DNA of 64,000 bases from NCBI RefSeq assembly GCF_009914755.1, contig NC_060942.1; one strand, written 5' to 3'. The first letter of the stretch is position 1; every line of letters starts with the position of its first letter. The notes beneath the pieces were generated by a model. It worked only from the letters and a program-made list of their open reading frames with translations, had not been told where the DNA came from and made no database searches. This document shows, piece after piece, positions 28,969 to 43,136 of this stretch. This stretch comes from the human T2T-CHM13v2.0 reference genome, Homo sapiens. A program made the translations under genes and the position numbers.

Positions 28969-30324
28969 CTGAAAGAAGGGAAAATACCATCAATGTATTC
29001 TCAAACCACAAATTATGCACAAAAGTAAGCCTAGCAGTGGGGGAAAATGTAACATTAAAAAAAAAAATCATTCCCAAAGACCCGTAACTAAGAAATGATG
29101 CAATAGAGAGATAACCCACAGATGCAGTCTCTGCCTGCCATGTGATTTCAATCCCCTCTCAGCGTTATTGCTCATTATTCTCCCACTCTAAGCACCATGC
29201 ACTCCAGTTGTTCTCTGAATTAACTGTATGCTGTTTTACTTGTTAGAATGCATGTAGATTTTCCCCAACTATGTCATTAACACGTGTTTTTAAAGTTTAT
29301 AAAAATACAATTCTATTTATGTACAGATGTATATATACATACAAATAAATGGACATCACAACTATTTCAGGAACTCAATTATATGTTTTTTACCTATATT
29401 TTCTCATTTTTCTATGGTAAGCATGTATTTCTTTGCAATAAAAATGTTAATAAAAGCATATACATACCAGAAATTCCATTTCAAAATGAATGCCTTGTCC
29501 CCAACAGCCAGTATGTATTTAATGTCCTTTGCCTTTAAACTCCAAATTATTCCTACACCTTCCTTATGTGGTTTGTGCATAGTAAGTGTTCAGCAAATAG
29601 TTGTTGAATGGATTTTCATCCCTCATGGGAACAACTAAACCTACCCAAAGTGAATTCTGCATTAACTCAGCTTTTTACCACAACTAGCTCTTCTAATTTT
29701 CCCTACTGTAACCACTTCTAAGTGAACTAGGATTAAAATTCCAGGCATCAAACTCCTCCCTCTCTCTCATAAGCCTTAGTAGTCAGTTGCCAAGTTCTAG
29801 AGATTTTGGCATTTTTGTGTGTGTCATGCATGTTCTCTTTTCTATTCCCACTGCCATCATTTTCAGGTGACTCCAAATGCATTCTACATGTTGACTCACT
29901 AACTTTGCTGCAGTTGTTCTGACATTCCCTGTTCTAATCGATGTGGCCTCAGAAGTCAGATTTTATTGTGCTTTACAATTTTAACCACGATACTCACTAA
30001 TCAGACTCGTCAGTGATTTACCCACTAACTGCTAAATTAACCACAAAATCCTCATTATTGTGTTAAAAGGCAACATTTCATGTTCACTGTTCGTGCTAAC
30101 CTGGAAAGGAAAGAATGTACACTCCAAACTCTGGAATGGAATGTATTAAAATAACCATTCATGTTCTCTCTGCCTTCCTACTCATTTTTCTCCAAGTAAC
30201 TTCCAGGTGGTATTTTTCAGTAACAAAACTTACATTATGGCTTCCATCAGTCTGATCTCTATATCTTATTTATCAATAAATTCTAAATTCAGGAGTGGAA
30301 TACAGTAGTCTATCATTACCACTT

Positions 30325-31262
30325 CACCATACCACCACCACCATCATCATCACCACTTACCATCATCATCACCACCACCACCACCACCATCATCACCACC
30401 ACCATCAGCAGCAGCTCCATCATCATCATGACACTGCCATCACCACCATCTCCACCATTATCACCATTATCATCGCAATCACCACCACCACCATCACCAC
30501 CACTACCATCACCACCATCATCATCACCACCACCACCACCATCACCACCACTACCACCATCATCACCACCACTACCACCACCACCATCATCATCACCACT
30601 ACCATCACCACCACCACCACTACCATCATCACCACCACTACTACCATCATCACCACCACCACTACCATCACCACCACCACCACCATCATCACCACCACCA
30701 TCAGCAGCAGCACCATCATCATCACCACACTACCATCACCACCATCACCACCATTATCATCACTGCTACCACTATTACCATCACCACTACCATCACCACC
30801 ACCACCACCATCATCATCATCACCAGCATCATCATCAGCACCATCATCATCACCACACTATCATCACCACGATCACCACCATTATCATCACCACTACCGC
30901 TATTACCATCACCACTAACACCATCACCACCACCATCATCACCACCATCACCAGCAGCACTATCATCATCACCACACTATCATCACCACCATCACCACCA
31001 TTATCACCACCACCACATCATCACTGCTACCACTATTACCATCACCACCACTACCACCACCACCATCATCATCACCAGCATCATCATCAGCACCATCATC
31101 ACCACACTACCATCATCACCATTATCATTATCATCACCGCTACCACTACCACCACCAACACCACCACCACCGTCATCATCATCGCCACCGTCACCACCAC
31201 CACTATCATCAGCACCACTACCACTGTCACATCATCATTATCATCATCACTACCAGCACATC
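30325..31262. repeat. About 940-bp imperfect (CAC/CAT)n trinucleotide array, intron 5
   Basis: Continuous CAC/CAT/TAC/CAG triplets; source of the poly-His/Thr/Pro and poly-Val/Met ORFs. Confidence 0.97.
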
Positions 31263-32354
31263 CAGGTATCAACATCAGTCACCCTTCCTAAAAATCCTTC
31301 CCTTTCTCTTCGTATAGATGATGTGGATTTTTATTCCTTAAAATGCTGTCATTTTGATATTTTAGCTGGATAAAACTATAAAATGGTTTTATATCTCTAT
31401 TAGATTACAGTTGCTGTCAGGCTTGAAGACTGAGACTTACTGATACGTGTATCCTAGAAGTACCTGACACAGTAACACACTGCCTTACCTTGGGTAAGTC
31501 TTCAATAAATAGCTCTTTGCATTCAATTCTACTCATCTTTCCTTTTAGGAAGACAAACTACGCCTTCAGTTATCCTTCTGTAAAAATTGTCATAAAGATT
31601 CTATTGCATCTCTTGTAATGAATTTTTCTACCTCATTAAAATGGTATTAACAAGTCTCCTTATCCAACCTACTAAGTCCACACTGCTATAATTTAGACTA
31701 ATTTGTCTTAGTTTTTCTCTTCAATGGAAATGAAGATCATCTGCTTCCCACCATATGCTCATTTGTAATTTGAAATAATATTTTTGTTATTTGACTACAA
31801 GTAAATATTATTTCACATTCCGCTGACTCAGAGTTGGTGATTTTACTTCAGGTAGTATCCTGGTTTTGTTTTATTGTGCTAATAATGAACCAAGTATCTC
31901 CAAAATAAATCAAAATTGGAATCATCATTAAAACAGAGCCTAACTCTCTAGGAGAATTGACTTATGTTCATATGATAGAGTAACTCATTATAAATATGTT
32001 ATTTAGTCAACAAAGCAACAATTTCAAAAAACTCAATAGAGGTAATGGTTTTATTACTATATCCATCATTCTGTATTAAAAGCAATAATAATATACTTAA
32101 GTGTTGTTACAATAAAAAATAATTTAGAATATTATTAGTTGTATTTTTAGCTAGGTTATAAGTGGGTTATTTAGTGTCATGTGCGTGTTATTGTGATATA
32201 GTTTCCTCTGAATTATTCTATAGCTTAAAGAATCTCATCTCTTTTAGCCCTTTCACACTATATATTGCTGAAATTGCTGTCATCTTTGGAAAAATGCAAA
32301 CAGCTACTGACAGAAATAGGGACTTGAGTTTGGCCTTACAGTGGCAGGCATTCA

Positions 32355-32790
<436 letters not shown>

Positions 32791-34909
32791 ATAATAAAAG
32801 ATAGTAAGGTTCTGGTTGAATAGGAATAGGTAAGAAAGGAGCAGATTGAAGCTAACTTTTCCAAAGGTACAGATTATCCCCAACACTCAGAGAGAAAGGA
32901 AGTTTGCAGCTGCTTTCACAGCATCACTTGGAATTGTTGAAGAAAGTTCCCTTCTTATATAACTATTCTTTGAATATGTATTGAATTAGACCTATGGCTA
33001 CTACTCCCAAAGCTACGAAATCAAATTATTTCAAATAAAAATAATCTATTATTAATACTTAACATGAATATGGCTTATATAAAATCAAAGAATTAGGAAA
33101 TTCCATGAAAATTCCCAGGTTTAAGGACAAAATTCTAGAACACGTGTATTGTTAAATCTACCATTAGAATATCTTCAACAACTTTTACAGTTTACATAGT
33201 GGTATCACTGGTATTACGGCATTTAATGATCAGAACACTACTGAGGTTGGGAACACAGCTACTAGCAGCCCATAAACAAAGAAGAAAGCGAACTCTAGGA
33301 GGTTGTGATTTGTTTGAGGCTACAAGGAAAGGAACAGATACTTAGGATCTACCAATTCCCAGAAACATACATTATTCAATATTTTAAACTATTATTAAAG
33401 TATATTACGTTAAAAACATATTATCTTATTTTAACCTCTGCATTGACAGGGAAGTCTTCTATTCTATCCTGCTTCAAGTGATTTTATAATTGCATCAGGT
33501 TTACATCTTGTTGCTATACCTCACTTAATGAATTTTACTAATTTGCAAGTGGTGTTTCTTAATGCCAATTCAAACTTAACTGTGTTAATGGGACCTACAG
33601 AAACATGGGTAATTCTGAGGCGAAATTATTTAAAAGTTTAACTTTGAGGATAAATTTCAACCTATTTTATTCATTTACATTTTTTTAAATGTTAAAAATA
33701 GCAAAGTAACTTATTTTTAATTATAAACTGTTCTCTCCTTTTCCCTCTGGCAATGATCACAGTAAGAAGCAAAGATAGAAAGCAGGTTGGCAAACAGAAC
33801 CCTATCAAACAATTCCTCAGCAAAATTGAAAATGAAGTGAATATTGCAACATACAGAGTATGAGCTTTTTATATCTCCTCAAGAGTGACTTCTAGTGTTA
33901 GATCTTTTCTCTAGTAAAGAAACTGTAAAAGCAGCAGAGAACTTACTATCAATTATTTATTTGTTTATGAGTAGAAAGATCAAAGTGATTGCAATGGTGC
34001 TTAGCTTACTTCTCCTGTAAGAACTTGGATACACTATTTTTTAAAGTAAAAGTGTGTTATATTACTAGAAGTAAAATATGTTTATTCTAGAGAATTTGGA
34101 AGGGAACATAAAATTATAAAGAAAATATGCCACTACAATCCCACCATGAATTTTGTATTTAATTATGAAACATCTAAAGTGGAAAATTTATACAGTTTCA
34201 AATTTTTCACTACCTTATAGACTGCTTTGGAGGATATCCTTACGATAGAATCTACTCCTTAGGATAAATTATAAGGTCTTTCCCTCTCTATTTTTTACTT
34301 ACTAGCTTCATATTTCACACTCTTCCTTAGCTTCAAATTACACTTCAGCCAGGGTTTGTTGTTGTTGTTGATTTCTTTTTAACAAGTAAATATTTCCATT
34401 TCTGATGCATCTTCCTGGAATACTTGTCTACCACTTCCCATCCCCACAATTGTTAACTTCTTTCATAACTGCCTTGAGGTGGCCACTAACTACTACTCAT
34501 TCTCCAGATGTCTGCTAAGATATTACTCTCTGAACTGCCCAAGTATGAGATAAGTTTCATTTTTATATTCTCCTTTAGCAAAGAACTTTATTATACTCTT
34601 ATATCATTCAAGACAATAAATGCTTAATCAGTTTTATTCACCACCATTCCAAAAACCTACTATGAATATCTCATTTCATCAGATGAGACATCAGTCCACC
34701 AAAGAGTTATATAAAATTAACAGAAACAAAAGGATTTAATTATCAGAAGAGTTAGAATTGTCTTGTCTTTGGGTAGGATAAGATAGAATCAAATGAATTG
34801 ATAAACTTGTTCTGGGTTACTAAGGAAGTAAAATGGTACTAAGGGATCTCATTGCTGAAGAATAGTGAGAGAAAGGGATGCAAAAAAAAAAAAGCTATGT
34901 AAGGGGCTA

Positions 34910-35070
34910 AGGCAGTGGATCCAACACTTACACATTTAGAATCACGTTGGATGACTGGATCTCATCCCAGAACAATTAAATCAGAATACTTGGGCATGGG
35001 TCCAAGCATCAGTATTTTTTTTCAAGTTCTCACATGACTTATAATGTACAGCCATGGTTGAGAATAACTG
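34910..35070. mobile_element. MER5-type MITE remnant
   Basis: aattaaatcagaatacttgggcatgggtccaagcatcagtattttt...gttgagaa resembles MER5. Confidence 0.6.
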
Positions 35071-35378
35071 AGTCATTTTATTATGGATAACTTTAAATTC
35101 AGTAAAACTCTTTGTTATTTCTCCAGGATTACAGACCAAAATATATCCTTTAAAATTCCATCGTTATATTTTCTTTACCTCCCCCGCCACTTCCCTTATT
35201 ATATCCACTGTTTTTCCCCATCAATGGTGAATAGAAATTTAAAGTTTATATTGCATATTAATATCTTGAATATTAAATCAAATAATTGATTCTTATAATA
35301 TGTAAACAAGCATAGTTGAAAATATTAGTAAGCCAGTAATAAAGATATAATTATGAATAAATATTTCAATAATCCTAC

Positions 35379-35534
35379 CGCAAACTGTTCATATTTCTCA
35401 CGGTCAATGCTCCTTGTACAAAAGATATCCCCAGTGTCTTTCTCTATGTAAAACAAATTGAAGGGTTCTTTGTCCACGCCTGGCCCACTTATGGAATAAA
35501 AGATGGTGTAATTCTGTGCAGCATCAGATTGGAT
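35379..35534 (-). CDS. DSC1: DSC1 exon 5 (EC1, IQSDAAQNY...[10 protein letters not shown]), 156 nt
   Basis: Acceptor CTGCAG|, donor GCG|GTAGGA; DRE motif. Confidence 0.96.
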
Positions 35535-35952
35535 CTGCAGTAATAATTTAGGAATAGAACAAATACGTCATGATGAATATTTTCAACCTAACCTCTTGTG
35601 ATGGTTTATTTTTTTACCACTACCCCTCTTTCCTACTCTCCTATTCTTTCTTTCTTCTGCTTAGGTGCCCATTATCTGCCATGTTTTCCGAATTTTTATT
35701 TGCATTTTGCATTGTGCAAAGCCACAAATTCTGTCACTTATTTGATCTCAACTTTTTTGTCATTTGTATATCTATAAAACATGTAGAGTAATACACTTTT
35801 CAAGTTTTATCTATTTATTCTTATCTTCATATAAATAATAGTAACAGTTTCCGTGATTTTGAATTCTTTGGAATTGAAAATTATGTGATAATAAAACTAG
35901 AAGTAAAGCAACTTTTCTTCCACAATTAATTCCTCAAGAATTAGAAAATTTT

Positions 35953-36205
35953 GGCCGGGCGCAGTGGCTCACACCTGTAATCCCAGCACTTTGGGAGGCC
36001 TAGGCAGGTGAATCACCTGAGATCAGGAGTTCAAGACCAAACTGGTCAACATGGCGAAACCTTGCCTCTACTAAAAATACAAAAATTAGCTGGGCTTCGT
36101 GGTGGGTGTCCGTAATCCCAGCAACTCGGGAGGTTGAGGCAGGAGAATCGCTTGAACCCAGGAGGCAGAGGTTGCGGTGAGCTGAGCTGATGCCACTATA
36201 CTCCA
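35953..36205 (+). mobile_element. Alu (AluS-like), 3'-truncated, intron 4
   Basis: Intact 5' end; similarity ends at ...ccactatactcc with no terminal segment or poly(A). Confidence 0.9.
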
Positions 36206-36647
36206 AAATTTCAAAACTGTTCTATGTTTGCAATCCAGCTATGTGGCAGTGAGGCAATCTTACTTGGTAAGCAGAAATACAGGTCATTTTTATAAAAGAT
36301 GAGTGTTAGTTTAAGCAAGAATTGAACTATGCAAAACATGTAGGTGTGCCTTCTGTACATTAGTGTTAACAAGTCTAGCATAGTATTTGGGTGAATTTAG
36401 ACATAGACCTAAGAGCACCAGAAACTCCAAATATAAAACTTGTTTCTAAATTTCTAAATATGATATCTGTAAGAAAGTAATAAGATATACTGGGTCACTT
36501 CTATGGGACCCTAGTTCTGGTGAATAGATGATCATTATTTGTACCATTAGTTTAAACCTCTGATTCAATATGCTGTGCAATTCAAATGAAAAGTTTAAGA
36601 ACAAAAAAAAATTTGGACACATATAAAATCAAATAAGTGAAATGCAC

Positions 36648-36767
36648 CTGCTGAACGTGTTGTGGAAATGGACCCAACGAGTTCTCCATCAATGAAGCTG
36701 GAATAGGAGCCCATCGTCTCTTGCTGCGCTTGAGGGCTGTGTCTTTGGTATGTCTCTTCTTAGGAGA
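36648..36767 (-). CDS. DSC1: DSC1 exon 4 ([40 protein letters not shown]), 120 nt; convertase site and adhesive Trp2
   Basis: Acceptor TAG|, donor CAG|GTGCAT; RxKR/RW motif typical of cadherin propeptide cleavage. Confidence 0.96.
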
Positions 36768-37975
36768 CTACATTTGACAAGAAACAAAGAAATGTAGCAT
36801 TGCTTATCATTTTTTGGAACTGTGATTATTTTACACATACATCAACAAGCAGATGTAAGGGTTACACATTACAATATCATGGCTAGTCAGCAAAGCATTT
36901 CTATTGATAAAACACACACACACACCTCAGACTACATTATGTTCCCCCGTTCTACCTATTTCTCTATTTACTCAGTTAACCACCAGGAAATGTATAGGGC
37001 ATTTGGAAAGATGCCACTTTGAGAAAGTATAAACTCCCCCTAAAATAGATAATTCATTAATAAATATTTAAGGATCAACTTTATTCCACTAGGACTGGCA
37101 CAACCAAAATCTGTTAAAACCCTCACTCCACAATACAATCATTTATACATCTATGTAGACACAGGTCAGCATTTGCTCAAGTATACTTGATTTTATATAA
37201 TGTGGGGATTTTACAATGTGGATATAAAATAACATTTTTAAAGTCTTAAGCATATTAAGAGGAGTTCATACAATCAAAAAGAATTTAGTTGGGAAATCCT
37301 CTCCTAAATAGAATCATTTATTAAGAAATGGTTTTATAAGACGAAATTCATTGTGGTGAATTTGCTGAAAATGAGATGTGAATTCCAGCAACTTTTTCCT
37401 CCCTGCTTTCTGAACTGATCTCTACCGCTCAGTGCAAGAAAATGAGCCTAGAGTTAAACATTCAAATCAATTCTGTGGATTGGCCACACCTCCACTCTCT
37501 GAAGAGAGGGCCTGCCCTATAGAATATTCTAGTAAGATGGGAGTAAGCTTTAAACAGTCTCTTCTCCTCTTTAAAGAGAGACTCAAACCCGCAATCAGTG
37601 GGAAGAGAGCCGCACAGGGTGGAGCCCACATCTCCAGCCTGAATCACATTTCGCTGAGTTTTAGACCCGCCCCTGTCTTGTCCTTGCTCCTCAGGTTGGT
37701 TTGTTCTTATTCCCAAACTTGAAATCACTATTAGAAAACTCTGATATTCTTACTTTGCTCCTGGTCTACAGAGTCATTCATCTTTATAAAAGTTTGTAAA
37801 TGGCTCTGCCACTCCTTAAAAGTCTAGTCTTTATTTACACTAATTGTAAGTGGAAAAGACAAATTTGTCATTCAATAGCATAGATTTTAACATGAAACAC
37901 GTTAAAACACATGAAACACGAAGGACTCCCGTAAGCATATTACTGTGCTAGGCTGCTTAAGCCCTTGCCTTATAC

Positions 37976-38178
37976 CTTGTTTTCTCTTGCTGACAGTACA
38001 ACTTTTATCTCTTGTTGTTCCCGTCTCTGACCATCTGAAAGGAAAATGGAAAAACTTTTCCTTTCAGAAGACAAAATGAGGTCATGTGTTGTGTAAATTG
38101 AGCCATCTTCTAGAATTCTGAAGGCAGGGTCACTGGACCGGATTAGGCTGGCCGACTTGAGACACTCCTCCAGATTCA
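37976..38178 (-). CDS. DSC1: DSC1 exon 3 (prodomain, NLEECLKSAS...SARENK), 203 nt
   Basis: Acceptor CCCTGCAG|, donor AAG|GTATAA; matches ORF 37970..38179. Confidence 0.96.
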
Positions 38179-38601
38179 CTGCAGGGAAGAAATATCACAG
38201 CAGTTTGTCAGATGAAACAGGAGTGGAACAAGTTTTACAGGAATGACAGCCGTGAGTTAATGCATGAGAAGCAGAAAAAGGGAGGTTACATTTGGAATGT
38301 GCTCAGCACCTGCTATTCTAAAACGTGGGGGCCATGAAAATTAAATAATTATATTAATGGAGTCACATTTTCCACTACCTTCGTCATACATTAATTTGAG
38401 AAATAAAATATTTTCCTAGTGTCACTGATTTTATTCTCTTTTCTTTGAACTCTTAATTATTGTGTGTGTATAAATTTATATATGTGTATACAAACTTGAT
38501 TTTTTATGTCATAAGTGGTATAACCGTATGATGTCAGTAGGTTTTGAACTTTTTGCAGTAGTTTGATACTTAAAACTATCTTGCCAAAAATAAGAAAACT
38601 A

Positions 38602-38888
<287 letters not shown>

Positions 38889-39652
38889 AGAAAACCAGTC
38901 TATTCTTAAGTAATATTTCCCAGTAATATTGCAAATAATCTTTCTGTAATATCTTTCAAGGTTTAGTAAACCCGATGCGCTGTGGTTATTATCAAATTAC
39001 CTCCTTTACAGATTCATATTTAACACATTTAGTGTATTTACTATGTGTCTTTAGAGTGTGGACTGTTTATTAATTTCAAACCTTAAAGCACTGGGCAAAA
39101 CAACATCTGGCTTGGAAAGGATACCATTTCTGTATTGTTTGTAATTTTTTACATGTGAATGCAAAGCCAGTGAAAAACCTTGATGAAAAAAATTTTACGT
39201 TTGGGCTCAGAACAACCAACTTATACTTCAGAGATGGCTATGGTACTAAGACCCACCAAAACTGTATTTGATTTTCACAAGCTGTTCTGTGAAATATGTC
39301 ACATTTATTCTTGGTGGATACTTGTTCATTGTAATCAACCTCAAGTACAAATTTTATTGGGGGCATTTAGATTTTGAGACATCCATTTCATGTCTAATCA
39401 ATTGAAGAATCTTGGCTTTGAAATTTTGGCAGCAGATTAGTTTATACAAATTAGAATATGCTCCTGGTTTTGGTGCCTTGCTTTGTTTGACGTAATCCAA
39501 GATAATTGAGCCTTCTGATGTTTGCTAATTTTTTTGGCAAGAGAAGTATACAACTAACTTTGGTATTTTAATTATTTCTAACCACTACCAAAAAACAAGT
39601 AGCCTGTCTTTTATTGTACATCCGATTTTAACTTCAAGTAGCTACTATGTGG

Positions 39653-39957
<305 letters not shown>

Positions 39958-40049
39958 TACTATGTGGTTTTTATCCCAAACTTTACAAGAGCAGCCTGCA
40001 GCTAAATGTGACAAGTTACAGCTATGAAACTGTTAATAGTGTTTCTCAC

Positions 40050-40134
40050 CTTTGCCTACAAGTGTTTCAGCCTGAAGATGAGAAGGAACTCGAAGATAAA
40101 CTTTCTGACAAGCATCGCAAAGTAATGTTAAAAC
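40050..40134 (-). CDS. DSC1: DSC1 exon 2 (VLTLLCDACQKVYLRVPSHLQAETLVGK), 85 nt
   Basis: Poly-T tract plus GAG| acceptor; donor G|GTGAGA; frame continuous with exons 1 and 3. Confidence 0.96.
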
Positions 40135-41507
40135 CTCAAAAAAAAAAAAAGAAAAAATATCAGGAATTAAATTTGATCACAAATTTTCACATTGTAGCTT
40201 TTTCTTATTGATAAAAATATTGTCAATTTTGGAAACAAATTAATCATTTAATTCTTTACATTTTTAATACTCACTTTAAAAGGAACCAGCAAAGAGAATA
40301 GCTTTAGGAATAGCACTGTCATTTATTTGTCAATGAAAAAAATTAAGTGAATAGTAGTTCTTAGAACCTAAATCATATTGTGTCAATGCAAGAAAATATT
40401 TCACAAACCATTGACTTTATATAGAAGTTATACGTCTCTAAGACCATTCATAAATGCCATTCTGATTTTTAGCATGAAGAAAATACTTACCTTTGAAATG
40501 CATAATTACATATATGCCCTAATTCTCTAATCATCATTTTACTATTTGAAGTTATAGTTGATGAAGTCTAGAAAATAGTTAAGGGCTTTTTTAACCTCAC
40601 AGAAAAATAATGCCCCCAAAAAATCATTGTTCTCAAATCAATTTTGTGACTGACTTGGCCAAAACGCCAAAATCTAAATGATCTCAAATCACATGACTAA
40701 TCTAAAAAGAAATATATGTCAAAATATGGAGAGTATCCTTCAGATGGGTGAAGATTTTTAATTAAATTCAAGGCCCAGCTATTGTTTTTAAAACCTAGGT
40801 AGTTCAAAGACATAGACACTATCTGAAAAAAACAAAAGAAAAGCTATCATTTCAAAAATGTCTATAGGTTCAAAATATATTTTACTTCTTTTTCTTGGCA
40901 TTTTCTGTTTGTTCCTCTTTATCAAAATAACTGCTTTTTTATTATTTAAATATAAGATAGAGTAGAGCTAGGTTTTCCAGAAACATGTAGGTCAATTTTA
41001 TGATCAGCTTTCAGCTTTTCTCTGAATTCTAGAGTTACGGGACCCATTACTTGCGAGGAGGAAAGAGAATGGATTAACATCCATATTAAGGATGTGCACT
41101 TCTTTTCCAGCTCATCTCAAGTCTACCAGATATACTGTAGCAGTCTAATTAAATAGTTTGTAATTTTACAAAAATCTATGTTAGGCAGAAATCTGGAATT
41201 AAAAGGCCACATTTTTATTTAGTCCTAATTTAAAAACCACTTTTTAAAACGTGAGACATTCGTATTTATTTAACTTTTTAAATATGTTCATCCCTAATGC
41301 CAAGGAACATAATAAATTATACTTAAAGAACTTTCTAAGCATAGACCATACTGTTAATAGTTGTCTAAGTATACAATGTGGAAACAGCATATTGTAATTA
41401 GGCTATGCATAAACACATACATATACATATGTACACATACATATGCATATACCTGTACATATACCTATACCTATATATGTATGTGTATGTGTGTATATAT
41501 ATACACA

Positions 41508-41941
41508 CAGTCATATATTGCTTACATTCTAAGAAATGCAACGTTAGGTGATTTCATCCTTGTGCAGACATCATAGAGTATACTTACATACACTTAGAGG
41601 ATATAGTCTACTACACACCTGGGTTATACCTACATGGTATACACCATGATTTATATATGTATGCCCCATGGTATGCACCATGGTACAGCCTAGGTGTATA
41701 GTATATAGTATAGCTTATTGTAAGCTACAAACCTGTACAGCATGTTCCTCTACTGAATACTGTAGGCAATTGTAAGTATTTGTGTAACTAAACATTTTTA
41801 GATATAGAAAAAGTACATTAAAATACAATATAAAAGATAAAAAATGGTTCACCTATACAGACGAGCTCCATTATAATCTATGGGACCACTCATATATGTA
41901 GTCCATCATTGACTGAGGCATTGTTTTGCAGAGCATGACTG
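41508..41941. mobile_element. Tigger-family (Tigger3-like) DNA transposon derivative flanked by TA/CA-rich microsatellites, intron 1
   Basis: Termini CAGTCAT and ATGACTG followed by TA; internal taagctacaaacctgtacagcatgtt...tactgaatactgtaggcaattg. Confidence 0.8.
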
Positions 41942-43136
41942 TATATGTGCGTGTGTGTATATATATATAAATGTACATATATATATATAAATATATGAGA
42001 CATTCTTATAGTTATATCCACACTTCCACTCCCACCCCCATCTTCTTTCCTTCTTGTCCTAGGATTCCATGTTGATGGTCCTCCCTCTGCAGGCAGAGCC
42101 ACTGAAGGTTTCCATTCATTAAATACTATTCCCGTCTTCAGGTTAAATCACTGACTAAGTGGCTTAGTGACACCCTTTTAGTCAGTTTCAGAGTCAGAAA
42201 TAAATAAACAGGAGATGAATTGTCCAAGAGATATTAGACAGTACAGGGATCAGAAGCAAAAGAAATGTGGGTAGAATCCTTTGAAACATTTTTACCACAT
42301 TTTACCAAACTTGTACTAACTTAAGATGGTATCTGAGTTATCGTCTCCCTAAGCAGTTACAGGATGAGAAGGTGACCATCAACCCTGCATTGTATATTAT
42401 TTACATGGAGAAAATGTTTGTCCTCATACCTGCCATTTCTAAAAATATATTTTGAAACTCAAGTATTTTGCTAAAATGAAAAAATAGGAAACTCACACCT
42501 CAGAAATGATGGACGGATGTGTGAAATAACCCCCCTCTCTTCCCTCACCTCCAAAGAAAAAATAGCACCTTACACAGTTACAAAGCTATTAAAAACCCAA
42601 GTGGAAGCCAAGTTGAGGATATTTTCAATGACAGTCACATTTTTGTTATTTTTCTTAAACTATTCTTTGCTTAAACTGCTTCGTGGGTAAAATTCAAAAA
42701 GTCCTGGATAATTTGCATGTTCACCCAGAATCCTTTCTCTTTTTTTGCAGCTTAGTAGAACTCAGCATGTTAAATAACATGAGTTTATGTAATCACTGGT
42801 AGCAGAAGTAAACCTCAGAAACTTCTGGGCCAAATGCCTAAAGAATGAATTCACTTCTCTACTCTTAGAAAATCACCACAGCAGGATGGAAGAGGGATTC
42901 CCTTGAAAACTTTTAACACTCTGGCAGTGGGTGCTTGAGAAGTAAGCTGAACACTTTCCATCCTGAATCCCAAGCCTCTCAACTCTTCCCTGAATCTTCC
43001 TCAGATCTGCTTTTGTTTTCCCCAATCTCTCTTCTCTGCCTCCCATCCTCACTCCTAGTCTCTTTCAAGCCCAAACTGCAGAGAGGAAGCAGGTAGTAAC
43101 ATGCTTGAATTCCCTAATCCTTTGGTTGTTACTCAC

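Noticed and set aside
30325-31262. CRISPR-like or other prokaryotic repeat-spacer array
   Set aside because: The DNA is primate, there are no unique spacers or cas genes, and it is low-complexity sequence.
30295-31291. The longest ORFs in the track (207, 287 and 100 aa; His/Thr/Pro or Val/Met rich) as a novel gene
   Set aside because: They result from a triplet repeat that lacks stop codons. There is no exon, promoter or domain evidence, and they lie inside DSC1 intron 5.
37432-37728. Overlapping 96-aa and 88-aa ORFs in intron 3 as microproteins or a retrogene
   Set aside because: Non-ATG starts, no recognisable homology, and no poly(A) or TSD. Higher local GC explains the open frames. The region is kept only as a regulatory candidate.
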